Source of the DNA: Candidatus Bathyarchaeota archaeon
Lineage (GTDB): Archaea > Thermoproteota > Bathyarchaeia > Bathyarchaeales > Bathycorpusculaceae
Length of the DNA: 64,000 bases
Direction: 5' to 3'
Assembly (NCBI GenBank): GCA_963768425.1
Contig: CAVYHV010000014.1
Coordinates: 305,530-369,529, forward strand
A model generated the notes under the pieces. That model ran no database searches. It was not told the DNA's origin and worked only from the letters and a program-made list of their open reading frames with translations. Shown one piece after another: positions 40,353 through 50,682 of this stretch (position 1 is the stretch's first letter; each line of letters starts with the position of its first letter). The position numbers and the translations under genes are program-made.

Positions 40353-41884
40353 ATGAGGCACAGGTTGATTCACCGTAAAAAAAACACGTCCATTCTTCAA
40401 CCTCATTCAGTTCCTCTGGAAGAACCTCTTCGCCTTAAGCACAAAAGTTTTTTCCCCCGGCAGATCCACTGGAAACTTAACAAGAAAGCAAAATGCCTTA
40501 TAGCCTCAGCGGTCATAGCCCTCGTATTAGTTTCTTTTTTCGCAGTCTTATACTTGGAGAACAAACCCAAAGCAGATGCAGCCATCATACCTCAAAAAGA
40601 TAACTCAACCAGTACAACTACCCCGACCTCCAGCCCAAATTCCAAAAGCAAAAGCTCAGGAGGCTCACTTTCCAACTTAAGCGGTTTGATAAACGGGATA
40701 AGCCAAGCAATCCAGAATGCAGTTGGAGACCAGACTAAGCCCCACGGGCATAATCGAGTCTGCGCAAACCATCAACAGCACCGTTTGGAAGCAGGTAGCA
40801 GCAGCTGCGTGGTCATTTTTCCAACCTGGCATCGGAGTCGACAGTAATACTGGGCTACCCTACGGTGGGGGCAAAAGCTTCCCTGATTTCACCGATTGGG
40901 ATTTAGGCGTCTACATCCAAACCGTTATTGACGCACAGAAAATAGGTTTAATAAGTGCCACGGGCGCATGGGGCGCAAACGACCGAATAGATAAGGTTTT
41001 AACGTTTCTGGAAACTCGACCGCTGAATGATACAACCCATTATCCTTTCTGGTTCTACGACGCAACAACAGGACAAGATGATCATTTAGAATCAGACAAC
41101 TCCACTGCGGTTGTTGATATCGTTGATACAGGAGTTCTGTTTGTCGCCCTCAACAATCTCCGCGTTTTTGACAGCACCTACGCCGAGCAAGTAAACAACA
41201 TAGTGCTTAACGAATCTGCAAATCAAAATGGTGGATCAAATTATGCCGCCTTGCTGCCTAACATAGTGAGCACCGCTGATTCAAACAGCATTTATGCGTA
41301 CTTGTTCACTAGCGGCTTTGCAAGTTTCTGGCCTTCAGATAAATTATGTTCCCACCGATATTCTAAACAACATCATAAATTCGCCGCCAGTTACAAGCCC
41401 CTACGGCAACGTCACGTTGCCGGTGCTCCAGTCACCTGCGACCCACTTCTGTTATCAGTCTTCAACCTCAACGATAGCAATGAATTGTCAGGTTACATGA
41501 ACCAAGTCTATTTGGCTCATGAAGCGTATTACAACGCGACCAACAACTACGTGGCTTTCAGCGAAGGAAACAGCCAAGAAAACGGCTATATATACGAGTG
41601 GGTAGTTGCACCCAACGGCAGCATGTGGCAAGTAACAAACGAGGCACAAACCGTATACTACACATCTGATATTATTATTTACACCAAGGTAGCCTTTAGT
41701 TTCTTAGCCCTTATACAACTCGACTTTTGCAAGAAACATGGTTGTCTTCCTTGAAAAACAACTTCCTACACCTACAGCTGGCTACTACGCCGGCTATAGT
41801 TATTCGGATGGCGCAGATACGGCGATAGATCCTAACACAAACGGCTTAATCATCCAAGCCGCACTTTACGCTATCCAAAATTAA
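40353..41884 (+). CDS. Membrane-anchored extracellular DUF3131-like (putative glycoside hydrolase) protein, frameshifted
   Basis: N-terminal TM, Ser/Thr linker, AAWSFFQPGIGVDSNTGLP, FTDWDLGVYI, DTGVLFVAL and AFSEG motifs. Confidence 0.6.
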
Positions 41885-42257
41885 CCAACAAACACTTGCA
41901 TAAATAGTTTCAAATCTGCATATAAATGTTGAACATCTTTTGACGTGACCCACAATTTCAGGATTTTCCTTTCGGTCTCCGTCCAGACCAAATCCTTAAT
42001 GACTCTATCTTATGCTTAATCTTCAATTTATTTGAAGATCGGCCCCAAAACGCAAAGAAAAAACTGCCTTAATCTCAGGCAAATATACTGCTAAAAAAGA
42101 CTTTGTCAATTTAAAAATTGATAGTGTCTGAACTCAGTCATGAACTCGATCAAATTGCTTGGTAGAATCGCACATAGAAACGCCATATGAATTATGGCTT
42201 GACTTAAGAGCCACACTAAATAAACCAACTTTTTCTTGTTTTTCAAATAGAAGCTGA

Positions 42258-45200
42258 GTGAAATCAATATTTATGATTCATAACTGTCTTATTATCAACT
42301 CAATCACTAAAACTGGGGATAGAATAATACAATACCTCAATCAGAACGGAATAGATATAGAAGCATCTGATTTGGTTTCTTCAAACAAGAAGAACATTAT
42401 TCGAGTTTTGCATGTTGACGATGATCCGTGCATTCTGGAAATCTCAAAACAGATTATGACGGACATGGATGCCAGCCTCGAGTTTGATGCGCCTGTTGCG
42501 TGGATGAAGCCTTCAAGAAACTATCAAGCTGGACAATACGATATTGTTATTTCTGATTATGAGATGCCCCAAAAAGATGGACTTCAGTTTCTAAAAGAGT
42601 TACGAGAACAAAAGAATCAAATTCCCTTCGTACTATTTACGGGCAAAGGCAGAGAAGAAATAGCGATAAAAGCTCTAAACCTTGGCGCAGACGGATACTT
42701 CACCAAGCATGGATCCCCCGAAACAGTGTATGGAGAACTATGTCACGGATTAAAAATGGCGGTAACACGCAAAGCAACCGAAGCTGCGTTATTTGAAGCA
42801 CAGACCCTGACAAATTCCATCATTAACAGCACAAAAGACATGATTTGGTCTGTCAGTGCTGATGATTTTCGTCTTCTCACATTTAACAAAGCGTTAAGCG
42901 ACTATTTCTTCAGAACCCAGAATTTGACCATCAAAGAAGGCATGAATTCATGAAGATATCATGCCAACTGAACAACTCGCCCATAGATGGAATGAACTTA
43001 ACAAACGAGCATTGAAGGAGGGCTCATTCACAATCGAATACACGACCTTGAAGGAGCCAAGGGTTTTGGAATTGACTTTTGATCTCCTAAAACGTGGGAA
43101 CGAAGTTTTTGGAATTGCCGTGTTTGGAAAAGATATTACTGAACGCAAAAAAAATGAAGAAATCGTGAGAAAAAGTGAGGCGAGATATCGAGAACTAGCC
43201 AACTTTTTGCCAGAGATAGTTTTTGAAGCGGACTTAACCGGCAAAATTACTTTTTTCAGTCAAAGAGCTTTCGAAGAAACCGGTTTTACGGCAGAAGAAC
43301 TCGAAAAGGGCATAAACATGCTTATCATTCGTTGTTCCAGAGGAACGAGAAAGGGCAAAAGAAGCAATCAAAAAAGCCTTAGCAGGCGGAGACAGAGCGA
43401 GGGCCACAGATACATGCTTTACAAAAAGAATGGTCTTTCTTATCCCGCGATTGTCAAAACGGCTGCTATCATTTCCGGAAACAAAGTGACAGGGCTAAGA
43501 GGGTTAGTTATAGACTTGACGGAAAGCGAAAAGAATGAAGAAGCTTTGCGGAAAAGTGAGGAGCGTTTTCGTCAATTTGTGTTGTCCTCTCCAGACACAA
43601 TGCATCTGCTTGATCCCAGTATCACATAAGGTGGAGTTCCTTAACCGTAAGGAGTTTTTGGGCTATTCTTGCAAAGAGTTAGAAGCAGCTAATTCAATTT
43701 TGCCTTATCTCCATCCCGACGATCGCGAATTAGTGCAAGCGGTGTTATCAGCTCGCTCTTGAAAGGCAGTCCTGATGGACAAAAACCCATTGAATATCGT
43801 CTGAAAAACAAAGCTGGCAATTGGGAGTGGATTAGAAGCCGAGCAACCATATTAAAGTACGATAATCAGGGCAAGCCTGAGCAAATATTGATGACGCTAA
43901 CCGTAGTTACTGAAAGCAAAAAAGTTGAAGAGTCACTGAAAGAAAGCGAGGAAAAATTCAAGAAACTGGCAGAGGAATCGCCTAACATAATTTTCATCAA
44001 CAATGCGAGGAAGAGTAGTTTATGCTAATAAAAAATGCGAAGAGATCACAGGGTACAGTAAGGAAGAATTGTATTCGCCTAATTTTGATTTTCTTTCTCT
44101 TAATCCGCCAGAGTATGTTGATGCAGTAAAGTCTGCCTATGGAAAGCATTTGAGGGGCGAAACGGTCCCTCCGTATGAGTATGCACTCATCACTAAAGAT
44201 GGAAAAAGAATTAATGCAATAATCAACACGTCGCTCATAGAATACGACGGCGATAAGGCTATACTTGGAATTGTGACGGATATCACTGAACGTAAGAAAG
44301 CGGAAGAGGCTCTTAGGCAAGAGCGGGATATGCTTGAATCAGTTGCGAAAGCCAGCGGTGCCGGTCTAGTAATTGTCAGTAAAGATTTCCATGTGCTATG
44401 GGCAAATGACTTCATAAAACGCTACAAAGGCGATACTATAGGAAAACTATGTTATGCAACGCTTAACAGTTTGGATAAGCCTTGCTCTGATTGTGGTGTA
44501 GCAAAAGTTTTTGCTGGAAAAACAACTCTTGATTCCCACGAGTACTGCTCTACAACTGTCGATGGCAATCCGTATTGGGTCGAAATAGTGGCTACGCCTC
44601 TTTTGGATGAGAAGGGAAACATCACGTCCGCAGTGGAGATTTGTGTGGATGTAACTGAACGCAAGAAGAACGAAGAGAAGCTAAGAGAAAGTATTCATAG
44701 AAACGAATTGATCAATGAGAAACTTCAGGTTGTTGGCAGTTTGACTAGGCATGATGTGGGCAATAAACTCATGGTTGTAAAATCAAATATCTATTTGCTT
44801 AAGAAACAAATTGGAAACGATCCCAAATTAGCTAAGTACTTTGAAGCCATTGACTCTGCAATTAAGCATTCTGATAAAATGTTTGAGTTTAGCCGTATTT
44901 ACGAGAAAATCGGAGTAGAAAAACCCTCAAGAACAGATGTTGCCGAAAGCTTCAATCAAGCTGTTGCCCTTATGCCAAACTTGGGCGCAATAAAAATCGT
45001 TAATGACTGCTATGGTTTAGAGGTTAATGCCGATTCATTGCTCAAGCAACTTTTTTATAACTTTCTAGACAACTCGCTGAAGCATGGCGAAAAAGTCACG
45101 CAAATACGTCTGCATTACGCTAAGGATTGTGAGGGAGTGAAACTTTTCTATGAAGATAATGGAGTTGGTGTGCCAGAAGCCAATAAGCCCAAGCTTTTTG

Positions 45201-45340
45201 AGATTGGCTTTACCACTGGTAAAGGCAGTGGTCTTGGATTGTATTTGATAAAGAAAATGATGGAAGTCTACGGATGGACAATTAGTGAAGATGGTGAACA
45301 CCGTAAAGGAGCAAAATTCAAATTAACCATTCCAAATTGA
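42258..45340 (+). CDS. Hybrid sensor histidine kinase REC-(PAS)n-HATPase (several apparent frameshifts)
   Basis: RVLHVDDD, ISDYEMP and FTGKG (REC); repeated DITERKK PAS ends; LTRHDVGNKL H-box; DNSLKHG, EDNGVG and GSGLGL. Confidence 0.88.
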
Positions 45341-45390
45341 CGCTGAAAACCTAAAATTCGGATTAAAGCATTTTTTGGCACGCAATTTTT

Positions 45391-45490
45391 TAACGGTAGA
45401 AGACGTTAAAGAATGTTAACGGACGTCTGAAGACTTTAAGCGACGTTAAAGGACGATAAGTGACGTTAGTGACTTTAAAGGACGGATGCT
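45391..45490 (+). repeat. Phased tandem array A: about ten 10-bp units, consensus NGAC(G/T)TTAAN
   Basis: taacggtaga|agacgttaaa|gaatgttaac|ggacgtctga|agactttaag|cgacgttaaa|ggacgataag|tgacgttag|tgactttaaa|ggacggatgc. Confidence 0.85.
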
Positions 45491-45660
45491 GCAGATGATT
45501 AAAGTCCTGTTTCAAAAAAGCAACCCAAAAAACAGAGCAAAAAATCTTCTTTTTAACCCACTCTATCCTTAAACCGAGCTTTCTGGAGCATGCCTCTGAA
45601 GGTCACTCTTTAATTTAATGGCATATAGATTCAAGATTTTTATGTTGACTTATAGCATTT

Positions 45661-45740
45661 AGAGTCGAAACAAGTCTTTTGTAGTCTTAACCAGTCAATT
45701 GGAGTCAAATCTAGTCAGATATAGTCTTTAGGAGTCGCAA
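45661..45740 (-). repeat. Phased tandem array B: eight 10-bp units with invariant AGTC (GACT on minus strand)
   Basis: agagtcgaaa|caagtctttt|gtagtcttaa|ccagtcaatt|ggagtcaaat|ctagtcagat|atagtcttta|ggagtcgcaa. Confidence 0.92.
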
Positions 45741-45825
45741 CCTGCAAACAATCCAAGCTCCTCCACAAAAAAGCAATCTGAAACACAAACACAAAAAATT
45801 CGCCAGGAATTCCATCGTTTTATAG

Positions 45826-46440
45826 CTAAGGTTCAGCCATGAACTCAATAAAGTCTTTCAGACTTCTTGGCTGTAATGTATAGTTGGATTTTCTTTCTTC
45901 GCCGATCGTTGAGAAAGCCGATGAGCCGTAATCATGCCCCGGATAGACTTCCACTGCGTCGGGCAGTTTCATGAGTTTGTTGAAGAGGCTGTCGTACATG
46001 CTTTTGGAGCTGCCGCCTGCAAAGTCGGTTCTTCCGCATTCGCCGACGAACAAAGTGTCACCTGTCAAAAGCTTTTTGCCATCTACCAGCAAACAGATGC
46101 TGTCCGCCGTGTGACCAGGCGTGTAAATGACTTTTATGGGGATTCCGCCGACGAACAGCACGTCTCCATCTTCGACCCCGATGTCAAAGTTAACTCTCGA
46201 CAGCTTGTAGGCTACAATTTTGGCGTGAAACATTGAGGTTAACTCGGCGTTTCCGGCAGTGTGGTCTGAGTGCCCATGCGTGTTGATAACGTACTTGAGC
46301 GTGAATTTCTCAGCGTTTAGAATCTTCATGATTTCGCCGGCGTTGAAGCTTGAATCTACAACTGCCGCGTCCTTTGCGTCTTCATCCGCCACTATGTAGG
46401 AGAAGTTGTCGCTGTGTTGCTGAATCTGCTTGAAAAACAT
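45826..46440 (-). CDS. MBL-fold metallohydrolase (glyoxalase II-like)
   Basis: NTHGHSDH, TPGHT, TGDTLF, GRTDF and YPGHDY motifs. Confidence 0.88.
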   Translation of the reverse strand: MFFKQIQQHSDNFSYIVADEDAKDAAVVDSSFNAGEIMKILNAEKFTLKYVINTHGHSDHTAGNAELTSMFHAKIVAYKLSRVNFDIGVEDGDVLFVGGIPIKVIYTPGHTADSICLLVDGKKLLTGDTLFVGECGRTDFAGGSSKSMYDSLFNKLMKLPDAVEVYPGHDYGSSAFSTIGEERKSNYTLQPRSLKDFIEFMAEP

Positions 46441-46505
46441 TTCTTGCAACCCTGAAAACCTATCTGGTAACGTGCTTTTTTCCTTTTCGCCTATGAATCT
46501 GCGTC

Positions 46506-47258
46506 TTAGGAGGATTGCGATAGGAGTTTTGAAAGAAAATCGACATCTGAAGGTGGAAAACCTGAGAAATATTTCCCAAAATAGCCGAAAACCTCTTTTT
46601 TTCCGCCGACAAACGGCTTCAGCCTTTCCGCCCATGCTTGCAGGCTGGCTTTGGTGTCGGATTCTATTTTGCCTAAGGTGCCGTTTACTTTTTTCCTGTC
46701 ACCTTCCAACCGCACATACAGGAAATCAGAGGTCACCTCCATTGTTAGAGGCATGTTGGGACTGTCAACCCAAGCTAAGGCGGCGTTGTTGGCTCTTAGG
46801 AGAGAGTGAAAATCGGGGTTGAGCCAACTTTTGCTTCTTACCTCAACCACATAACGGTTCGTTTTTGGAAGTTTCTTTAGGAAGGCAGCTAAGTCAGATA
46901 ATCGATCCACGCAAAAGTTTGGTGGGAACTGAAGAAGCATAGGCCCGAGTTTTTCATTGAGGAGTTTTGTTCTTTCCAAGAAGAAGTTTGTTTCTCTCTC
47001 GCAGTCTCTGAGCATTTTGATGTGGGTTATGAAGCTTGGGAATTTTAGTGAGAATTTGAAGTTTAAGGGAGTTTGGCTTTTCCAGCTGGTTACAGCTTGC
47101 TGGGTGGGGATTCGGTAGAATGTGCTATCAACCTCAACCGTGTCAAATCGTGTCGTGTAGTAGGCTAAGAAGTCTTTTGAGTGGGTTTTCTGTGGGTAGA
47201 AGTTGCCTTTCCAGAAGTTGTAGCTCCAGCCGATGGTGCCTAAATGTAGGTTTTGCAT
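46506..47258 (-). CDS. DUF72 family protein
   Basis: GTIGWSY..WKGNFYP, VEVDSTFYRIP, ITH, LLQFPP, VEVR..SW and YVRL motifs; 1 bp from the ligase stop. Confidence 0.88.
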   Translation of the reverse strand: MQNLHLGTIGWSYNFWKGNFYPQKTHSKDFLAYYTTRFDTVEVDSTFYRIPTQQAVTSWKSQTPLNFKFSLKFPSFITHIKMLRDCERETNFFLERTKLLNEKLGPMLLQFPPNFCVDRLSDLAAFLKKLPKTNRYVVEVRSKSWLNPDFHSLLRANNAALAWVDSPNMPLTMEVTSDFLYVRLEGDRKKVNGTLGKIESDTKASLQAWAERLKPFVGGKKEVFGYFGKYFSGFPPSDVDFLSKLLSQSS

Positions 47259-47259
47259 G

Positions 47260-48690
47260 TTAGTCTTTTCCTTTGAGAAGCAGCCAATCGTTGTCTTCTT
47301 TGGCTTTTTTGAGCCGCACCAGTATGTAGCGCCCCTTAAGGGTTTGGCCGTTAAGTGTGACCTCGATTTTATCTTTTTCCCAAAGTTTAGGTTCAAAATG
47401 GCCTTTATCCCAGATTTTAACTGTTCCCGCCCCGTACTGTCCTTTGGGAATTGTGCCTTCAAAGCTGGCGTATTCGTACGGGTGGTCTTCAGTCTGCACC
47501 GCCAGACGACGCTCGCCACTTTTCTGAGGGATGCCTTTGGGTACAGCCCAGCTTTTCAGAACCCCGCCGCTTTCGAGCCTCAGGTCATAGTGAAGTCTTC
47601 TCGCATGATGCTCCTGTATTACATAGATTAGCTCTCCCCCTTTTTTCTCTCCGCCTTTCGGTTCCGGGGTTTCTTCAAAATGGCGTTTTGAAGCGTACTC
47701 TGAAAGCTTCTCGTCAGAGCCAGCGCATGTTTCTTTGTTTTCGGCTATTTGATGAAGTGAGCATTCCTTGGGAGATTTGTCGTCTCTTAAGCTTTTGAAA
47801 CGCGGCATTCTTAACCTTCCTTCCCTTGTTACACACTGATATATGACTTCGCAGACCAGTTTAGGCTCAAGCCAAGTCACTCTTTCCTGCTCCTCAACAA
47901 CGAAGGGAGGCTCGGAAACCGTTTGGAGTTTCTCAAACTTATCCATCAACAGATCAAGCATATACTCAGTGAAGCCTGTCCCAACGTTACCCACGTAAAT
48001 TGGGGTCCCTTCCCCGTTGTAAAGACCCAGAACCAAGGACCCGAAAGTATTCCCTCTCGATTTTTCCCCTCTTCGGTACCCAAAAACCACGCAATCACAA
48101 GTTTTTAACTCCTTGATTTTTAACCAGCTTCCAGTTCGCAAGCCCTCCTCATACAGGCTATCTTTTCTCTTCGCCATTACCCCTTCCAAGCCTTTATCGA
48201 CAACCAATCGAAAGTAAGCCTCGCCTTTTTCTTCTATAAAGTCGGAGAGCAAGACGTTCTTTCCCTCTGTTAAGGAATCTTTAAGGATTTTTTTGCGTTC
48301 CATTAACGGCAATTTTGTGAGAGGTCGTTCGTCTTTTTCTAAAACGTCGAAGACAACATACGTGGCAGGAGCTTCCTCTGTGCGCCTTTCAATTTCGCGG
48401 GCCGAAACCGCTTGGCCGCGTTCCAGCAGTGCTTGAAAGTCGGGTTTGCCATGGTTCATGACAACTATTTCGCCATCGACGACTAGATTTTTGGCTAAAA
48501 CAGTCAGTTCCGCCAATTCAGGAAAGTTATATTTCAGTTCCTTGCCGTTGCGGCTTTTCACGCTCAGCGTTTGGCCTACGTAGCTGATTGCTCGGAAGCC
48601 GTCCCATTTAACTTCGAAAATCCAGCCTTTATCCGTGAAAGCTTTTTCCGCAACCTTGGCAAGCATAGGACTGTAGACCCGGCGGCTCAT
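47260..48690 (-). CDS. ligD: NHEJ ATP-dependent DNA ligase fused to a C-terminal LigD 3'-phosphoesterase domain
   Basis: EVKWDGFR, VDGE, VFD, EGVMAK, WLKIK, VGTGF and LRMPRF; then IQEHHARRLHYDLRLE, SWAVPKG, TEDHP and YGAGTV. Confidence 0.92.
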   Translation of the reverse strand: MSRRVYSPMLAKVAEKAFTDKGWIFEVKWDGFRAISYVGQTLSVKSRNGKELKYNFPELAELTVLAKNLVVDGEIVVMNHGKPDFQALLERGQAVSAREIERRTEEAPATYVVFDVLEKDERPLTKLPLMERKKILKDSLTEGKNVLLSDFIEEKGEAYFRLVVDKGLEGVMAKRKDSLYEEGLRTGSWLKIKELKTCDCVVFGYRRGEKSRGNTFGSLVLGLYNGEGTPIYVGNVGTGFTEYMLDLLMDKFEKLQTVSEPPFVVEEQERVTWLEPKLVCEVIYQCVTREGRLRMPRFKSLRDDKSPKECSLHQIAENKETCAGSDEKLSEYASKRHFEETPEPKGGEKKGGELIYVIQEHHARRLHYDLRLESGGVLKSWAVPKGIPQKSGERRLAVQTEDHPYEYASFEGTIPKGQYGAGTVKIWDKGHFEPKLWEKDKIEVTLNGQTLKGRYILVRLKKAKEDNDWLLLKGKD

Positions 48691-49532
48691 TTCTGTTCCA
48701 GCTGCTTGAGAGTTTCACGTAGGGCAACCATGAGACTTTTTGCTTCGACTTCGCGGGGTTTCTCGATGTGGATTTTTTCGCCTTTGACCTTTTGCGAAAT
48801 GAGTTCTTGAACCCTTTTCAGGTAGGTGTCTTCAAATTCTGCTATGTCAAAGTCTCCGGCAAGGTCTCCGATGATTTTGATTGCCATGTCTAACTCGGTT
48901 TTTTCGGGCTCTTTCAGTTTTTGGATGTCCTCGAAATCCTGGGGGTTCACCACATCGTAGGCATAACGAAGGATAGTTAACACCAATGTGCCCTTATATG
49001 CATGCAACAGAGCGGGATATTCCTTTGTTCGGAGTGTTATTCTTCCGGCACCTGCTTTGTTTTTCTTTTCCAGCGCCCGTAAAAGCAGGGTGTAGGCTTC
49101 CTTGCTTTTCTTCGGCATCAAGGCGTAGGTTTTGTCAAAGTATATTGGGTCAACCGAAAAGTAATCGACGAATTTGCTAATTCGAATCCTGTTGTCCGAT
49201 TCAGGTTTCACAGCGTCAAGCTCGCTTTTTTCCAAGGTTATGTATTCGTTTTTGGAGACTTCGTAACCTCGGGTGACCTCGTTCCAGGGCACTATCTTGT
49301 CGTCTTTAGTGCACATCTTCACGTACTTTAAAGGTTGTCCATCGATTTTATGTAGAAAATGAAACGCTATGCCCTTGTCATAAATCATCGAAAACAAATT
49401 AACCGGGACATTAACCAAACCGATAGTGATGCTTCCTGACCAGATCGATCGCCGCGGAACGGCAGCACTGACTTTACCAGATTCTGGTTCAACATTTTCA
49501 ACTTCTTCTTTTTCTGAATTTTCTTCAGCCAT
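48687..49532 (-). CDS. ku: NHEJ end-binding protein Ku
   Basis: RSIWSGSITIGLVNVPV, RGYE, DPIYFDKTY, FEDTY and SLMVALRE motifs. Confidence 0.93.
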   Translation of the reverse strand: MAEENSEKEEVENVEPESGKVSAAVPRRSIWSGSITIGLVNVPVNLFSMIYDKGIAFHFLHKIDGQPLKYVKMCTKDDKIVPWNEVTRGYEVSKNEYITLEKSELDAVKPESDNRIRISKFVDYFSVDPIYFDKTYALMPKKSKEAYTLLLRALEKKNKAGAGRITLRTKEYPALLHAYKGTLVLTILRYAYDVVNPQDFEDIQKLKEPEKTELDMAIKIIGDLAGDFDIAEFEDTYLKRVQELISQKVKGEKIHIEKPREVEAKSLMVALRETLKQLEQK

Positions 49533-49534
49533 AA

Positions 49535-50410
49535 CTAAATCTCCAGTTTACATCTTTTTTCAAAAATGATTTTCCACGGATCATCTTTCCGTTTAACTTC
49601 ATTAAAAATATTGAAATCCGAAGGGTTTATGCCTTTCTTAACCTCACTCCACTCCAAGGGTGCCGAAACCGTGGCTTCAGGCGTCGGACGCAAACTATAG
49701 GGAACCACCATTGTGCGCATAGGTGAGTTCTGCAGGTAATCGGCGAAGACTTTGCCGGGTTTCTTTGTATCTTTGAATTCGGACACGACAAGTTCATTTT
49801 CTTTCGCCAAGTCTATTCCTACTTCATGCACAAAAGCCCTTGTTTCTTTAAAGTCATGTTCGGGAACAATAGGGATGACTACATGGAAGCCTTTCTTGCC
49901 TGAAGTCTTGATGAACGGCGTAAGCCCTAAGCCGACAAGTTTGTCCTTAAGCTGAAGCGAAACCTCCGCTGCATCGCTAAGGGTCGCCGGAAGCTCCGGG
50001 TCGATGTCAAAAAACAGAAAATCAGGTTTATCCAAATCATCAATGGTTGAAAAGGGCATGTGTATTTCAAGCGTTGCCAAGTTTGCAAGCCAGATGAGAG
50101 TATCTAAATCGTTGCAAACAATGTAGTGAACGTCCCGTTTTGAAGCTGAAGAGTAGATGGTTTTCGTTTTTACCCATTCCGGCGTTCCCATCGGAGCGTT
50201 TTTCTCGAAAAAACCGAGCTTTTCGCCTTTTACGCCGTCTGGGTATCTGGTCAAAACTAAAGGTCTATCCTTCATGATTGGAAGCATCTTCGGCGCCATT
50301 CGGATGTAGTATTCAATGAACTGTCCTTTGGTAACCTTAACGTCGGGATAGAGAATTTTGTCCAAGTTTTTAAGGTCAACTTTAGTTAGCCCTTTGAGTT
50401 CTTCAGTCAT
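49535..50410 (-). CDS. LigD-type primase-polymerase domain protein
   Basis: NLDKILYP, RPLVLTRYPDG, FFEKN, FDIDP, KTSGKKGFHV, DYLQN and PYSLRP motifs. Confidence 0.92.
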   Translation of the reverse strand: MTEELKGLTKVDLKNLDKILYPDVKVTKGQFIEYYIRMAPKMLPIMKDRPLVLTRYPDGVKGEKLGFFEKNAPMGTPEWVKTKTIYSSASKRDVHYIVCNDLDTLIWLANLATLEIHMPFSTIDDLDKPDFLFFDIDPELPATLSDAAEVSLQLKDKLVGLGLTPFIKTSGKKGFHVVIPIVPEHDFKETRAFVHEVGIDLAKENELVVSEFKDTKKPGKVFADYLQNSPMRTMVVPYSLRPTPEATVSAPLEWSEVKKGINPSDFNIFNEVKRKDDPWKIIFEKRCKLEI

Positions 50411-50682
50411 AATATTGCACCAAAAGCAATTAAGCCCGAACCAATCTGCTTCCAAATAAAGTATTGCGGATCTAGTCTTTTTCCTTTTTGGAAAGGACAA
50501 CAGTTCGGAAAGATTGCATTTAGGGCTGATTGCCCAAGAAAAATTGTTTTTTCTATAGTTATGCCTATATACCTTGCGAAATACTAAATATTAATGTCTG
50601 AATTAATCGAGAAAAAGTAAATTTTAAAGTTAAACATTTGCTTTTTTGGAGTTAATTCGCTGAATTACGGGGGAAGTAAAGA

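Noticed and set aside
45391-45740. CRISPR array or GANTC methylation-site cluster
   Set aside because: Units are 10 bp with a 4-bp constant core, far too short for repeat-spacer units, and there are no cas genes. Only 3 of 8 AGTC units form GAGTC.
45391-45740. Long RNA hairpin between arrays A and B
   Set aside because: Complementarity is limited to the 3-4-bp cores; the linkers do not pair.
45826-46440. MBL hydrolase as an Artemis-like NHEJ nuclease
   Set aside because: It is a short glyoxalase II-type protein (GRTD, PGHDY) with no beta-CASP domain, and a 65-bp gap separates it from the operon.
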